Below are positions 22,906 to 35,012 of a DNA stretch of 64,000 bases, in pieces. The translations under genes were made by a program, and so were the position numbers. The notes beneath the pieces are model-generated. The model had not been told where the DNA came from, ran no database searches, and saw only the letters and a list, made by a program, of their open reading frames with translations. Numbering within the stretch: the stretch's first letter is position 1; each line of letters begins with the position of its first letter. The stretch comes from Stegostoma tigrinum (lineage: Eukaryota), in assembly GCF_030684315.1 (NCBI RefSeq), contig NC_081391.1:13431342-13495341 (forward strand). Direction: 5' to 3'.

Positions 22906-25774
22906 TGTGGCCTGGAGTAGTGTCTGCTTGGTCTGAATGCATTCCCCACTTCACCCTGGACAACCTGTCTCCTTCCAGGGAGAAGGGGCTTGTAGCAAAG
23001 AATGTAATGGCTGTACCAGCTGAATGCAAATGAATAAAATGATGTGTTTATCTTGGTTCTTGTCCATCATTCAGACAGCTGGATGCTGTCGGCTTTCACC
23101 AATAGGCCTATGGGAAGAGATATCAGGCTCTGCTTTCTACCCAGGTGCAGGAAACAGCTCAGTTGGGACTGAGATGAGTTCAACCTGACTCGTATCCTCC
23201 CAATGGGCCCTGACATGACCAGCATATTCTGTTTTTCATTTGCTGCCTTTTTCTCATGTGGATACAGCCTAAAGTTACTGGGAGCGAGTGAAGGTTCAAA
23301 CCAAGGCCAGTACTGGTGGGCTGTGACCTACCCTGCCTTGTTACAGCCTACTGTAGTTGATTGCACTGAACGGTTCATTCCTCTTTTCATGGGAGTTAAA
23401 TATGCTGCTACCCTGAAGGGACCTTGGCGTAATTACCCTTAGCCTCGAGTCAATTCTCCTAGGAGCATTCTGAAGCTGGCCTAATGTGGCTTTTGTCAGT
23501 TTACTTTCTCTGACCTGTTCCAACACCTTCATTCCTTTTCTCACCCCTCCCACCACCCCACTCCGAGCAATAAACTTCCACCCTGCCAGTCTACAGCTGG
23601 GAAAATTCAGCCCCAACATTGACAGCACCCATATTCCATGGAGTTCGCTCAGGAAATTATCCTGAACTGTTACATGCTCATGTATGAGCTCAATACCACT
23701 TCGAGCACCATCACTGGGTCTTTGGGAGTAACACAGCAACACTCATGGTTCAATGCTGCCATTTGATTGGCTCTTACTGCTAAAAGCAGCATTGAGCGCA
23801 CTAAGCTGCTCCCTTAGTTCCTCTGAGCTTCCCACACGCTGAGGGTTACTCCTGATGCAGGTAGATTTCACCCGATCACATTGAGGGAGCAGTGTGACTG
23901 GGAGAGGCGACCGTGAGATGCTGACTTTGCTGTACAGCTGCTTCCTTTACCTTTTCGAGGTGTCAGAGAGATGATGGGTTGAGGAGGGGGTTATCGGAGA
24001 CAGCCTGAGGATTGTTTCAGGGAGTTTTGTAGCGAGTGCACGCTGCAGCCTTCACTGAAGGTGTGGGTCGTTCAGGCACTGAATGTATTTGTTCCACTAC
24101 ATAAAGTGTTTTATTTCAAACAATCCTGAGTCTTGGCTGTAGAATCCCCGCAGTGCGGGAAGAGGTTGTTCAGCCCCTTTAGTCTGCACTGATCCTCTGA
24201 ACAGCATCTTGTTCAGACACACCCTGTCTTCTTGCCCCCATCTTTCTACCCCACAGCCGTTCCAAAATAAACTGCATATCTCTGGACTGTGGGAGGGAAG
24301 GAACCCCCACAGACACGGGGAGGATGTGCAGCCTCCTGAGAGTTGCCCATGACTGGAATTACATGTGGGTCCCGGGCACTATGCAGCAGTAGTGCTCGTC
24401 ATTAAGAAACCATGCCACCTAAAGTAACAAAAACAGGAGCACCCTGTTGCATATGATGAGAGTCGCAAACACATTCATTACAGAAATAGACCCCATTGCC
24501 CCTGCTGATGAGGTTTCCACGTTTGGCCCATTTCCCTTTAATGCCATTCCTTTCCATGTAAATCAGCAGATGGCTTTCAAAAGTTCTAATTATGCCACTT
24601 CCTCTAACAGTGTATTTCATATACAGATCACCCTCTGTGAGGATAGAGTTGGCCTTCTGGTTCCCTTTCACATCTTTCCCCTCAAACCCATGTCTTCTAG
24701 TTTTGGACTCCCCTACCATGTCCCAGCATGCTTTTTACATACCGTCAACGTTGAGTGTGCCAATGGCAAGGCTACATTTAGTGCTCAGCAACTGTTACAC
24801 TTCAGGAGGTGGTGATGAGCTGGTTATTACAGTCCACCTGGTGTCGGAGAGACCGGAATGATGCTGCTGAGGAGGGGCTTCTGGGATTTTCAGTCACAAG
24901 CAGGGGTATTGTTCCAAGTCAGGATGGTGACGGACTTACATGGAGCTGCTTGAGCAATGTTGGGGCTGCATGGAGTCAGCAAATTGTAAAGTATTCATTA
25001 ACACTTCCTAACTGTGGTTTTGAAGATGATGGACAGGCTTTGCAAAATCAGCAGTTGAGTTATTCACAACAGAATTCCTCGCATCTGACTTGCTCTTAAA
25101 CCCATGATGATTCACAAGGTGTGATCTCAGACCATGGTTTATGTATAATATTCATACTTGTAAGTTAATCTAATAGGACGAGACTGCAACCTGGTATTTG
25201 AAGCAGATATTGAGACAAAGTAACTTGCTTCCACCAGTCTGTACATCAGTGCTGTGATCATACCCTAACATCTTCAATTCCCAAAGCCTCACAGGCCACC
25301 AGTCCATGGGAGGCTGCTCCATTCAACACAGTCGAGGTTGCCTGTGCTACACATTTCCAGCAGCAATTTAGACAGGGAGGCCTAAGGCCTACTGTGTAGA
25401 AGGAGACACTCAGCACATTTAACGATTGCCTTTCAAACTGGGCTTCATGAGACCCAATGTCAAGGAGATCACAGCAGGTTCAGAATGGATCCACAAAGTA
25501 CATCAGTTACACGTACTAGATGACCCAAAAGCACATTCATTCTGTTGATGCACAGCAGTAGGAAAATGTTTAATGTCAACAAAATCTAGCCATTTTGCAA
25601 TGGACTCCAACACTGTCATTCGAAACATATGAAGACAAATCCCTCAGAGTAACAAACTGACAGAATTCAGCAAATCTGCGATGAGCGTGTCTTAATAGTT
25701 AACCTCAGATACTCAAGTGAAGTTGTAGAGTATATTTTATTGTCATTTTTAGGTTGATATACTTACCGAATTTG

Positions 25775-25975
25775 TACTTGTGCAGGAGGTCAAAGGTTAA
25801 GCAGCAATTCTATCATCGACCAGTTGTCAATTCTGATCGGTTTCTGGATCCAATTCCCATCCTGCACTGATTGGATGTGGCAGCTCATCAATTGATTAAC
25901 AAGAGTGTTTGGCCATCACTGATGATCTCATTTCCTGCTTCATAAAATGAGTGTTGGCTCCTGGAGTATAAATAG
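25775..25975 (+). promoter_or_regulatory. Conserved promoter block, copy D
   Basis: DR1 variant AGGTCAaAGGTTA 25787-25799, distal ATTGG, TATAAA 25967-25972. Confidence 0.7.
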
Positions 25976-26060
25976 AGTCCCAGGGCGGGGCTGTTTACTG
26001 TTGCTCTTAGCTTTGTCATTTTGGTGGTGAGGAAAATAAAGCAAGCTTTTCCTTTATAAG

Positions 26061-29000
26061 ATGGCCTCCCAGATCAGTCAGAACTATCACCAGGATTGTG
26101 AAGCTGCTGTCAACAAGCAGATTAATGTGGAGCTCACTGCCTCCTATCTCTATCAGTCTTTGGTGAGTGGTGTCTCTGTTGGGTGAAACATACTTCTGTT
26201 CTGTTGAAGTAAACTCTTCCCCTTGGATGTAATTAAGTTGTCTATCTTATAGACTGAGTTTTGTGGCTCCTACCTCTTTCTCAATGCAGGATGAGTGTGA
26301 TGTTACTGTAACAATAGTTTGGTGCCTAATGTTACTCTAACTTGGGTCCCAGTTGGTTGTCAGTGAGATGTGGAGGGTGGAGTGTTCTTGTAGTTACTTG
26401 CCTGTCCCATGATGGTGCTGTGACTGGTGGTAATTATCGCTTCCTGTGGCTGTTTGAAACTTGAGGGAACTAATTTAAAAATGAATTGGGACTCACCATT
26501 GTGGGAATGGAAGCACCATCAGCTAGTCACTGCTTTTCTTTTCCCTCTTGTAGCCTTGTTTCTATTTGAATTTTGTGGGGATCTGAAGTAAACCTGCCAA
26601 TTGATACTGAGAATCTTGGTTTCCTATTGCAATCAGCTTAGAATAGGCTTGTTCTAGCCCTGCAGAGCTGGGCCGAGAGGTGGCAAATGGAGTTTAATGC
26701 AGACAAGTGTGAGCTGATCCTCTTTGGTAGGAGTAACCGGAAGGCAAAGTACAGGGCTAATGGTAAGATTCTTGGTAGTGTAGATGAGCAGAGAGATCTT
26801 GGTGTCCATGTACACAGATCCTTGAAAGTTGCCACCCAGGTTGACAGGGCTGTTAAGGCAGTGTTTTGGCTTTTATTAATAGAGGGATTGAATTCTAGAA
26901 CCAAGAGGTTATGGTGAAGCTGTACAAAACTCTGGTGTGGCAGCACTTGGAGTATTGTGTACAGTTCTGGTTGCTGCATTATAAGGATGTGGAAGCTTTG
27001 GATAGGGTGCAGAGGAGATCTACTAGGATGTTGCCTGGTATGGAGGGAAGGCCTTATGAGGAAAGGCTGAGGTACTTGAGGCTGTTTTCATTGGAGAGAA
27101 GAAGGTTGAGAGGTGACTTAATTGAAAGATATAAAATAATCAGAGGGGTAGATAGGGAGAGCCTTTTCTGTGGATGGTGATGGCGAGCATGAGGGGGCAT
27201 AGCTTTAAATTGAGGGGTGATAGATATAGGACAGATGTCAGAGTTTCTTTACTTGGTAGCAAGGGAATGGAATGCTTTGCCTGTGACAGTAGTAGATTTG
27301 CCAATTTTAGGTACACTTAAGTCGTCATTTGACTTTAGCATATGGACTTACATGGAATAGTGTAGGTTAGATGGGCTTGATCGGTATGACAAGTTGGTGC
27401 AACATGAAGGGCCTGTACTGTGCTGTTATGTTTGAAGTTCAGATCAAACTGGGTGAGGTTGTGACTAGTATCTGATTAAGCAGATCTACTTTGCTTTTTT
27501 TCATACTGATGGGGTGGGTGTGGGCTGTCTGTATGTCAAGTGTTGGAGCTTTTCAAAGGCACAGCACTGCCATGGGGCTGAGAATGTGCTGAGGGTACTG
27601 ACCCAGTGACTATGGAAAGAAGCTTATCCCTGTTGTGTTTGGCCTGACTCTAAACGAACTGGCCCCTTTTTCCCCAGGTGGTGGAGTGCCTGTGCCCTTC
27701 CAAGGGGTAGAATGTGTTTAGAAGGTGTTAGAAGTAACCTTAGTGAGTGTTGCAGGGTGCTGTCTGGGCTCGTGCCTGTCAGCAGGAAGTCCTGTCATGA
27801 TGAGGATCAAGTCCCTGTCAGCCCCACTTTGGGAGGTGGGAACAGCTTTCATTGAGCCAGCAGTTGGGTTTCAATCGCTGACCCACTGTCCTAACACACC
27901 TTGTAAGCATGTGCCAGGAATGAAATCCCTACCATTCTACATCTTCCAAGTGCCCATTTAAATGACAATGGTAAATTGTGCTTGGGTGTTTGCATTTGAG
28001 AATTAAAGCAACTTTTTTCAGCAGGATTCGTAAGAATGTGATTCTAAATGGCTGCTTCCAACAGCAGACCTGTTAAACCTGAATATGTTGAATTGTGAAC
28101 ATCCTAGTTAAGAAATCTACAGGACTTTGCCTGTTGGATTAAGTCAACAGTGGTTTTTCCAGGTTATTGTTTTAATGAGTGCTCTCCTCTGGAGAGTAGT
28201 TGATCTGCAGGTCACTGTCATATTTGTGATGTGATCAGTTTGTTTCTTTCATGGGTAATGGTACAAGTTCCCAACAGTCTGAGTCAGTACAGCTGTTTTA
28301 GATGCAACAATCCAAAGGCTGTCCCTTGGCAGGCTTTCCTTTGGACTTTTCTGGCCTTTGTCAAAGGAGCAATACAGTGCCCTGCAGCTGTTCTATTGGT
28401 GTACATCCTGCACTCCAGCTCCTGGCATTTCTTGAAACCCTATTCAATCACTAATTTATCCCGTTTCTGGTGGAGGTTAATCAGTAAAAACATCAATTCA
28501 CATTTGTTCTCACCAAATGCTGTGCTAGACCCCCTTGAGCAATTTACCAGGAGTTTCAAACCAAAATAAAACACATGGTATTTACAGCTTATCTAGAGGA
28601 AGCTGGGATTGTTTTGATTTTTTTCCGATTCAACAGCAACTGTTCAAAACTGGGTTCTGAATTGTTAATGCATCAGGTACTGAACAGCTTACTGTCAGTT
28701 TGACTTTTTTAGAATGCTCAAGTAGCCCTATAGTTCTGAACTGAAATTGGACCATGACTTGTTAATGGGCTTTACCTTGTTCTCCCTTCAAGATGTCCTA
28801 CTTTGACCGGGACGATGTTGCCCTTCCCCATTTTTCCCGGTTCTTCAAACATCAGTCCCAGGAGAAGCAGGAACATGCAGAGAAGCTGCTGAAATTCCAG
28901 AATCAGCGTGGAGGCGGAGTCCTCCTGCAGGATGTGAAGGTTGGAGTTGGGTGGGCTGGGGGATGGGATGGTCATGGCTGCTCTTGTGGTGTGGTTTCAA

Positions 29001-31056
29001 GTCAGTGACAAGGTTTTCATTTGAGTCAAAACTTTGTTCAGCCTGATTGATCTCCTTTTTGAAGCCAGTGTAGAAAGAAGCCCTTTGGCCCACCATGTCT
29101 ATACTGACCCCACAAACACTAAACCACATTAATCCCATTTACCTGCCCTTGGTCCACAGGCCACTGTCCTGGCACTAAGTACATGTCCAGCAAGGCCTTA
29201 AACTGATCTGGAGTAGCTGTCTGTCTCCACCACCATCCAAACCTTTGTGGTTCGTCTCATATTTCTAACTCCCCCTCGGAGTGGGTGAGGAGGGTGAAGA
29301 GTTTCCTCCAATCCCCTCGAACCTGCTTACTCCACAAACCTGTATTCTCTCTGGTCTTGCTGTCTGCCATGGGGAAGACATTCCATCAACTGGCCACTCT
29401 CTCTCCAATAATTACATCAGGTCACTCCCTCAGCCTTTCCTGCTCCACAGAAAATCCCAGCCTTTCTAACTTCCAATCAATGGCTCTTGGGCAACCTCAC
29501 CAGCATCCCCCTGCAGTGCCATCCTGTCCTTGTGACTGTTGAGGCCCAAGAGGGAATAATGTGGTGACCAGAAAAACAAACTGTGAAGACTGGTCCCCTT
29601 CCTGTTCCACCCCACCAAACTAATAGAGGTTGCTTGCCCTCTGTCACTGTTACACCCTGTTGACCTTGTCTGAACTTTGAGGGATCTATGGTTGTGGGCC
29701 TTTCTTAACTGTTAGCAGCACAACACACTTTGCAAACACCTCGCTGTCCCTTGGATGAATTAAATAGCCGTGATGTTTCTGATCATCCTGCTCAGGCATG
29801 TATGAAGCCACCAGCACAAGTGGTACTTGAACCTTGGCCTTGTCAGCCAGAGACAGGGGCACTACCACTGTACCATGACAGCATTTAGGATTCACTTGTG
29901 AATATCCTCGCAATTCCATCAGATGGACCCTGATGCAAATCTTGTCATTATCCCCCACAATGACCTGTTATTCAACTTCCTCCTTCAGATCAAGGACCGA
30001 CAGGCAAGGTGAAAGCAATTCTGAAGGAACTGTTCTTCAGCTGTGCTCCAGGGCTGCCTCAGGGGCTAGCAGTGTTCTCAGTGCTAGGGACACAGGTCTG
30101 GATCTGGCCTCTGGTGAGGGGCTGGTGTTTACATGTCCACCCCATGTCTGCGTTGGTGTCCTCAGAGTATAAGAGGATTGGCCATCTGAAATGCAGGGTG
30201 ACAGGAATAGGGTGGGAGAAGGACGGGTTGGGTTCCTCTTCAGAGTAGTTACAGACTGATACACATTGTAGAGATTCTGAAGCTTAACTGTCCTTCTTTC
30301 CCTCCTCCAGAAGCCAGAGAGGGATGAGTGGGGTAACAGCCTGCAGGCAATGCAGGTTGCCCTGGATCTGGAGAAGAATGTGAACCAGAGTTTGTTGGAT
30401 CTACACCAAGTCGCCACTGCCCAGACTGACCCTCATGTAAGCTTCACCTCCTCATTGACTTCACTGCTAGGCCCTCAGGGCAACACCTTCATTGGTTGGT
30501 CTTTTGTGGATTAGAAATTCAGTTAGACTTTGTTTTTGTGCAGATGACATGGATCACTTCAGATCCATAGTGATTACAAAATCATTGCTGAGCAGTTGAG
30601 TCCAAGTCTGTATTTTAACTTGTAAACCTGTGGGGAGGACTGAGGGGATATTGGTCACCGAATTCTCATTCAGGACCACTGCAGTGGAATGACTTTTATC
30701 CATCACAAGTCAACTCTGCTCCAGTAAATAAACAGCAAGATGAAGCTGCTAAAAAGCAGTTGTCCTCATTGCACAATTTCTCCAGACATTGGCTCTAGTC
30801 ATCCCTGACAATCTCCCTCGATATGCACGTTTTTCAGTGGGAATTCTGAAGTTGTCTTGGATAGTGTTGATGTACCAAGTGTCATGTTCCTCTGTTGCAG
30901 CTGTGTGACTTCCTGGAGACCCACTATTTGGATGAGGAGGTGGAGATCATCAAGCACCTTGGGGACTACATCACCAACCTGAAGCACCTGGGAGCCCCTG
31001 AGAATGGGATGGGAGAGTACCTGTTTGACAGGCTCTCCCTGGAGGACAGCAGTTAG
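26061..31056 (+). CDS. Ferritin copy D, intact 176-aa ORF
   Basis: Exons 26061-26162, 28793-28939 (AAG acceptor), 30311-30436, 30901-31056, with no stop or frameshift. The conserved GGR motif reads GGG. AATAAA at 31184-31189. Confidence 0.9.
26660..27432 (+). mobile_element. CR1 fragment in intron 1 of copy D (paralogue of 752-1524)
   Basis: Same truncation point and flanks as in copy A. ORFs 26687-26917 and 26911-27180. Confidence 0.9.
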
Positions 31057-33094
31057 TGTGGCCTGGAGTACTGTCTGCCTGGTCTGAATGCATTCCCCAC
31101 TTCACCCTGGCCAATCTGTCTCCTTCCAGGGAGAAAGGACTTGGAGCAAAGAATGTAATGGCTGTACCAGCTGAATGGAAATGAATAAAATGATCTCTTG
31201 ATCTCAGTTACTGTGCATCATTTTGAGCCCATTGATACCTCTCTTTGGTCAAGCAAGCTTTCTTGCCTTAGTTCACCACTGCTTTCCCCAACCACCGTGG
31301 ACAGACTCCAGGCCTATGGGAGCCAGTTCGAGTTCAAATGGGGCCTGTGACCTACCCTTAGTACAGCCATCAACTGGTGGCCCTGCTGACCAGTTCACTT
31401 TGTCACTGAAGTCTGCTGCTCCTCCCAGGGGCCCTTGGGTTTTTCTAAACTATCTTGGTTCAACTGCATAGATTTGTCTTTCCCCAGAAGGAATCCAAAA
31501 TTCCTTCAAGTGGCTTCTTCAGTTTTTTGCTTTCTTTCCTTCGCCCCGGGCTCAGTCCCTCCCCATAACTGGAAGTCCACCAGCCCTGAGCTGGGGAAAT
31601 TCAGCCCAAACATTCTGAACAGTCACATTCCAGAGAATCCTCTCCAGTTTCTCTGGGGCTACTTGATTGATAGTGGATGCTCTTGATACCATAAATACAA
31701 GGATTGGTGACCTGGGGCTTGGATGATAGCCCACAGTTCAAAATACTCACATTTGGTTTAAGCTTGCAGCTACAACTGGCCTCTGACTGTTGAAGGGTTT
31801 GTACAAAAAGCTGCTGCCTTGGTTCTTGGAACCTTTCCATGGGCTGATGAAATTTTTTTGACCCAGTGAGGGAGCAGGGATTTCTGGCGAAGGTGGGGAC
31901 TGTCTCCTTCAGTCAAGATGCCTGGACATGCTGATTTTCCTGTACAGCTGTTTCCTTGATCATTCAAGGTGTCAGATCATGGGTTAGGGAGGGGGTGATC
32001 AGAGACAGCCCAGAGATTGTCGTGAATTTTCGCGCAAGTGCACACTGTAGCCTTTAGGGAGAGTGTGGGTCATTAAGGTGCTGAATATATTTGTTTTGTT
32101 TGCCCCATATCCCTCAACCATGCCTTTCCCTGGAAATCACCAAATGTCTTTTAACAACTGTAATTGCACCCACTTCTCCTGCTTCGTATAACAGCTCATT
32201 CTTTACATAAACCATTTTCTGTGGGAAAAGCTCTTCCACCCCCCCCCCCGCCCGCGCCAACCCCACATGCCTGTGTGTGAAAACATTACCCCTACCACCT
32301 CTAGTTTTGGACTCCCCTACCATGTCCCAGCATGCTTTTTATATACAGTCAATCTGGAGTGTGCCAGTGGCAAGGCTACATTTAGTGCTCAGCAACTGTT
32401 ACACTTCAGGAGGTGGTGATGAGCTGGTCATTACAGTCCACCTGGTGTAGGAGAGACCGGAATGATGCTGCTGCTGAGGAGGGGCTTCTGGGATTTCCAT
32501 TCACAAACAGGGATATTTTCCCAAGTCAGGATGGTGACAGACTTAAATGGAGCTGCTTGCATGTTGTTGGTGCTGCCTCCAGCCAGAACATTGAAAACTG
32601 TTCCAGCATTACTCACTCCTAACTTCAGTCTTATTGATGGTGGACCGGCTTTGGAAAGGTAGAAGTTGCGTAATCACAACAGAATTCCCTGCCTCTGACT
32701 TCCCAATTTTTGAGTTGTTCACTCTACAGAATGCAATGAAAACTGTAACAGATACTGTCACCTTGGAAACATGCTGGCGTTAAGCGCTGATTCAACTTCA
32801 ACAATGAAAAACCAAACATGGAGACAGAAATGTTCAACGTGCGATACGTTTCTAGCAGCAGCTGAGACACAGAACCCTGAGGCCTACTGTGTATAAGAGG
32901 CACTCAGCACATTTAGCATCTTGCTTTTCAAACTGGGCTTCATGCGACCCTAAGTCACGGTGATCACAGCAGATTCAGAATGGATCTACAAAGGACATCG
33001 GTTGCCTGTATCAGACGATCCAAAAGCACGTTATTCTGTTGCTGCACAGAAATAGGAAAATGTTCATATCAACCAAATCAGGGCATTTTACAAA

Positions 33095-34555
33095 GATGAG
33101 GATTGCAAATGTCATTCCCCTGTTCAGAGGATAGCAAATGTGGTTCCCCTGTGCAAGAAGGGGAGTAGAGACAACCTGGTAATTGTAGACCAGTCAGCCT
33201 TACCTCATATGTTGGGAAAGTGTTGAAAAAGGTTATAAGGGATAGGATTTATAATTATCTAGAAAAGAATAAATTGGTTAGGGATAGTCAGCACGGTTTT
33301 GTGAAGGGAAGGTCGTGCCTCACAAACCTTATTGAGTTCTTTCAGAAGGTGAGCAAACAGGTATTTGAGAGTAAACCGGTTGATGTGGTGCATATGGATT
33401 TCAGCAAGTCGTTCGATAAGGTTCGCCACAGTAGGCTATTGTACAAAATGCGGAGGAATGGAATTGTGGGAGATATAGCAGTTTGGATCGGAAATTGGCT
33501 TGCTGAAAAAAGACAGAGGGTGGTCGTTGATGGAAAATGTTCATCCTGGAGACCAGTTACTAGTGGTGTACTGCAAGGGTCGGTGTTGGGTCCACTGCTG
33601 TTTGTCATTTTTATAAATGACCTGGATGAGTTTGTAGAAGGATGGGTTAGTAAATTTGCAGACGACACTAAGGTCAGTGGAGTTGTGGATAGTGACGAAG
33701 GATGCTGTAGGTCGCAGAGAGACATAGATAAGCTGCAGAGCTGGGCTGAGAAGTGGCAAATGGAGTTTAATGCAGACAGGTGTGAGGTGATGCACTTTTG
33801 TAGGAGTAACTGGAAGGCAAAGTACAGGGCTAATGGTAAGATTCTTGGTGGTGTGGATGAGCAGAGAGATCTCGGTGTCCATGTACACAGATCCTTGAAA
33901 GTTGCCACCCAGGTTGACAGGGTGGTTTAGAAGGCATACAATGTTTTGGCTTTTATTAATAGAGGGATTGAGTTCCAGAACCAAGAGGTTATGGCGAAGC
34001 TGTACAAAACTCTGGTTAGGCCGCACTTGGAGTATTGTGTACAGTTCTGGTCACCCCATTATAAGAAGGATGTAGAAGCTTTGGAAAGGGTGCAGAGGAG
34101 ATTTACTAGGATGTTGCCTGGTATGGAGGGAAGGTCTTACGAGGAAATGCTGAGGGGCTTGAGGCTGTTTTCATTCGAGAGAAGAAGGCTGAGAGGTGAC
34201 TTAATTGAAACATATAAAATAATTCGAGGGTTGGATAAGGAGAGCCTTTTTCCTAGGATGGTGACAGCGAGCACGAGGGGGCATTGCTTTAAATTGAGGT
34301 GTGAACGATATAGGACAGATTTCAGAGGTAGTTTCTCTACTCAGAGTAGTGAGGGAATGGAACGCTTTGCCTGCAACGGTAGTAGATTCACCAACTTGAG
34401 GTACATTTCAGTCGTCATTGGACGAGCATATGGACGTACATGGAATAGTGTAGGTTAGATGGGCTCCATATCGGTATGACTGGTCGGCACAACATCGAGG
34501 GCCGAAGGGCCTGTACTGTGCTGTAATGTTCTATGTTTTATGTTCTATATTCTAT
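33095..34555 (+). mobile_element. CR1 LINE upstream of copy E (paralogue of 7035-8509)
   Basis: ORFs 33220-33930 ([28 protein letters not shown]) and 33946-34458, with a TTCTAT tail. Confidence 0.95.
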
Positions 34556-34726
34556 GGCTCCAACACCAATGTTCAAAAGTTATGACGACTATTCCCTCAG
34601 ATTAACAATCCGACGAAATTGTGCAAATCTGTGATGACTGAGTCTTAATGCACAACCTCAGATACACAAGTGAAGGTTTAGAGTATATTTTATTGTCATT
34701 TTCTGGCAAATACATTTACAGAATGT

Positions 34727-34930
34727 GCACTTGTACAGGAGGTCAAAGGTCATTCAGCAATTCCATCATCGACCAGTTGTCAACCGTGATTCGTTTCTGG
34801 ATCCAGTTCCCATCCTGCACTGATTGGACGTGGCAACTGATCAATTGATTAACAAGAGTGATTGGCCATCACTGATGATGTCATTTCCTGCTTCATAAAA
34901 AGAGGGTCTGCCCCTGGGGTATAAATAGAG
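34727..34930 (+). promoter_or_regulatory. Conserved promoter block, copy E
   Basis: Perfect DR1 34740-34752, two ATTGG boxes, CRE-like plus ETS-like pair, TATAAA 34920-34925. Confidence 0.75.
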
Positions 34931-35012
34931 TCCCACGGGAATGATGTTGATTGTTCTTCCTAATTTTGTTATTTTGGTGGTGAGGAAAATAAAAGAAATT
35001 TATTGTCACAAG

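Noticed and set aside
33342-34026. Long antisense ORFs over CR1 copies (also 7494-7961, 49716-50183)
   Set aside because: Shadow frames of the CR1 RT coding strand.
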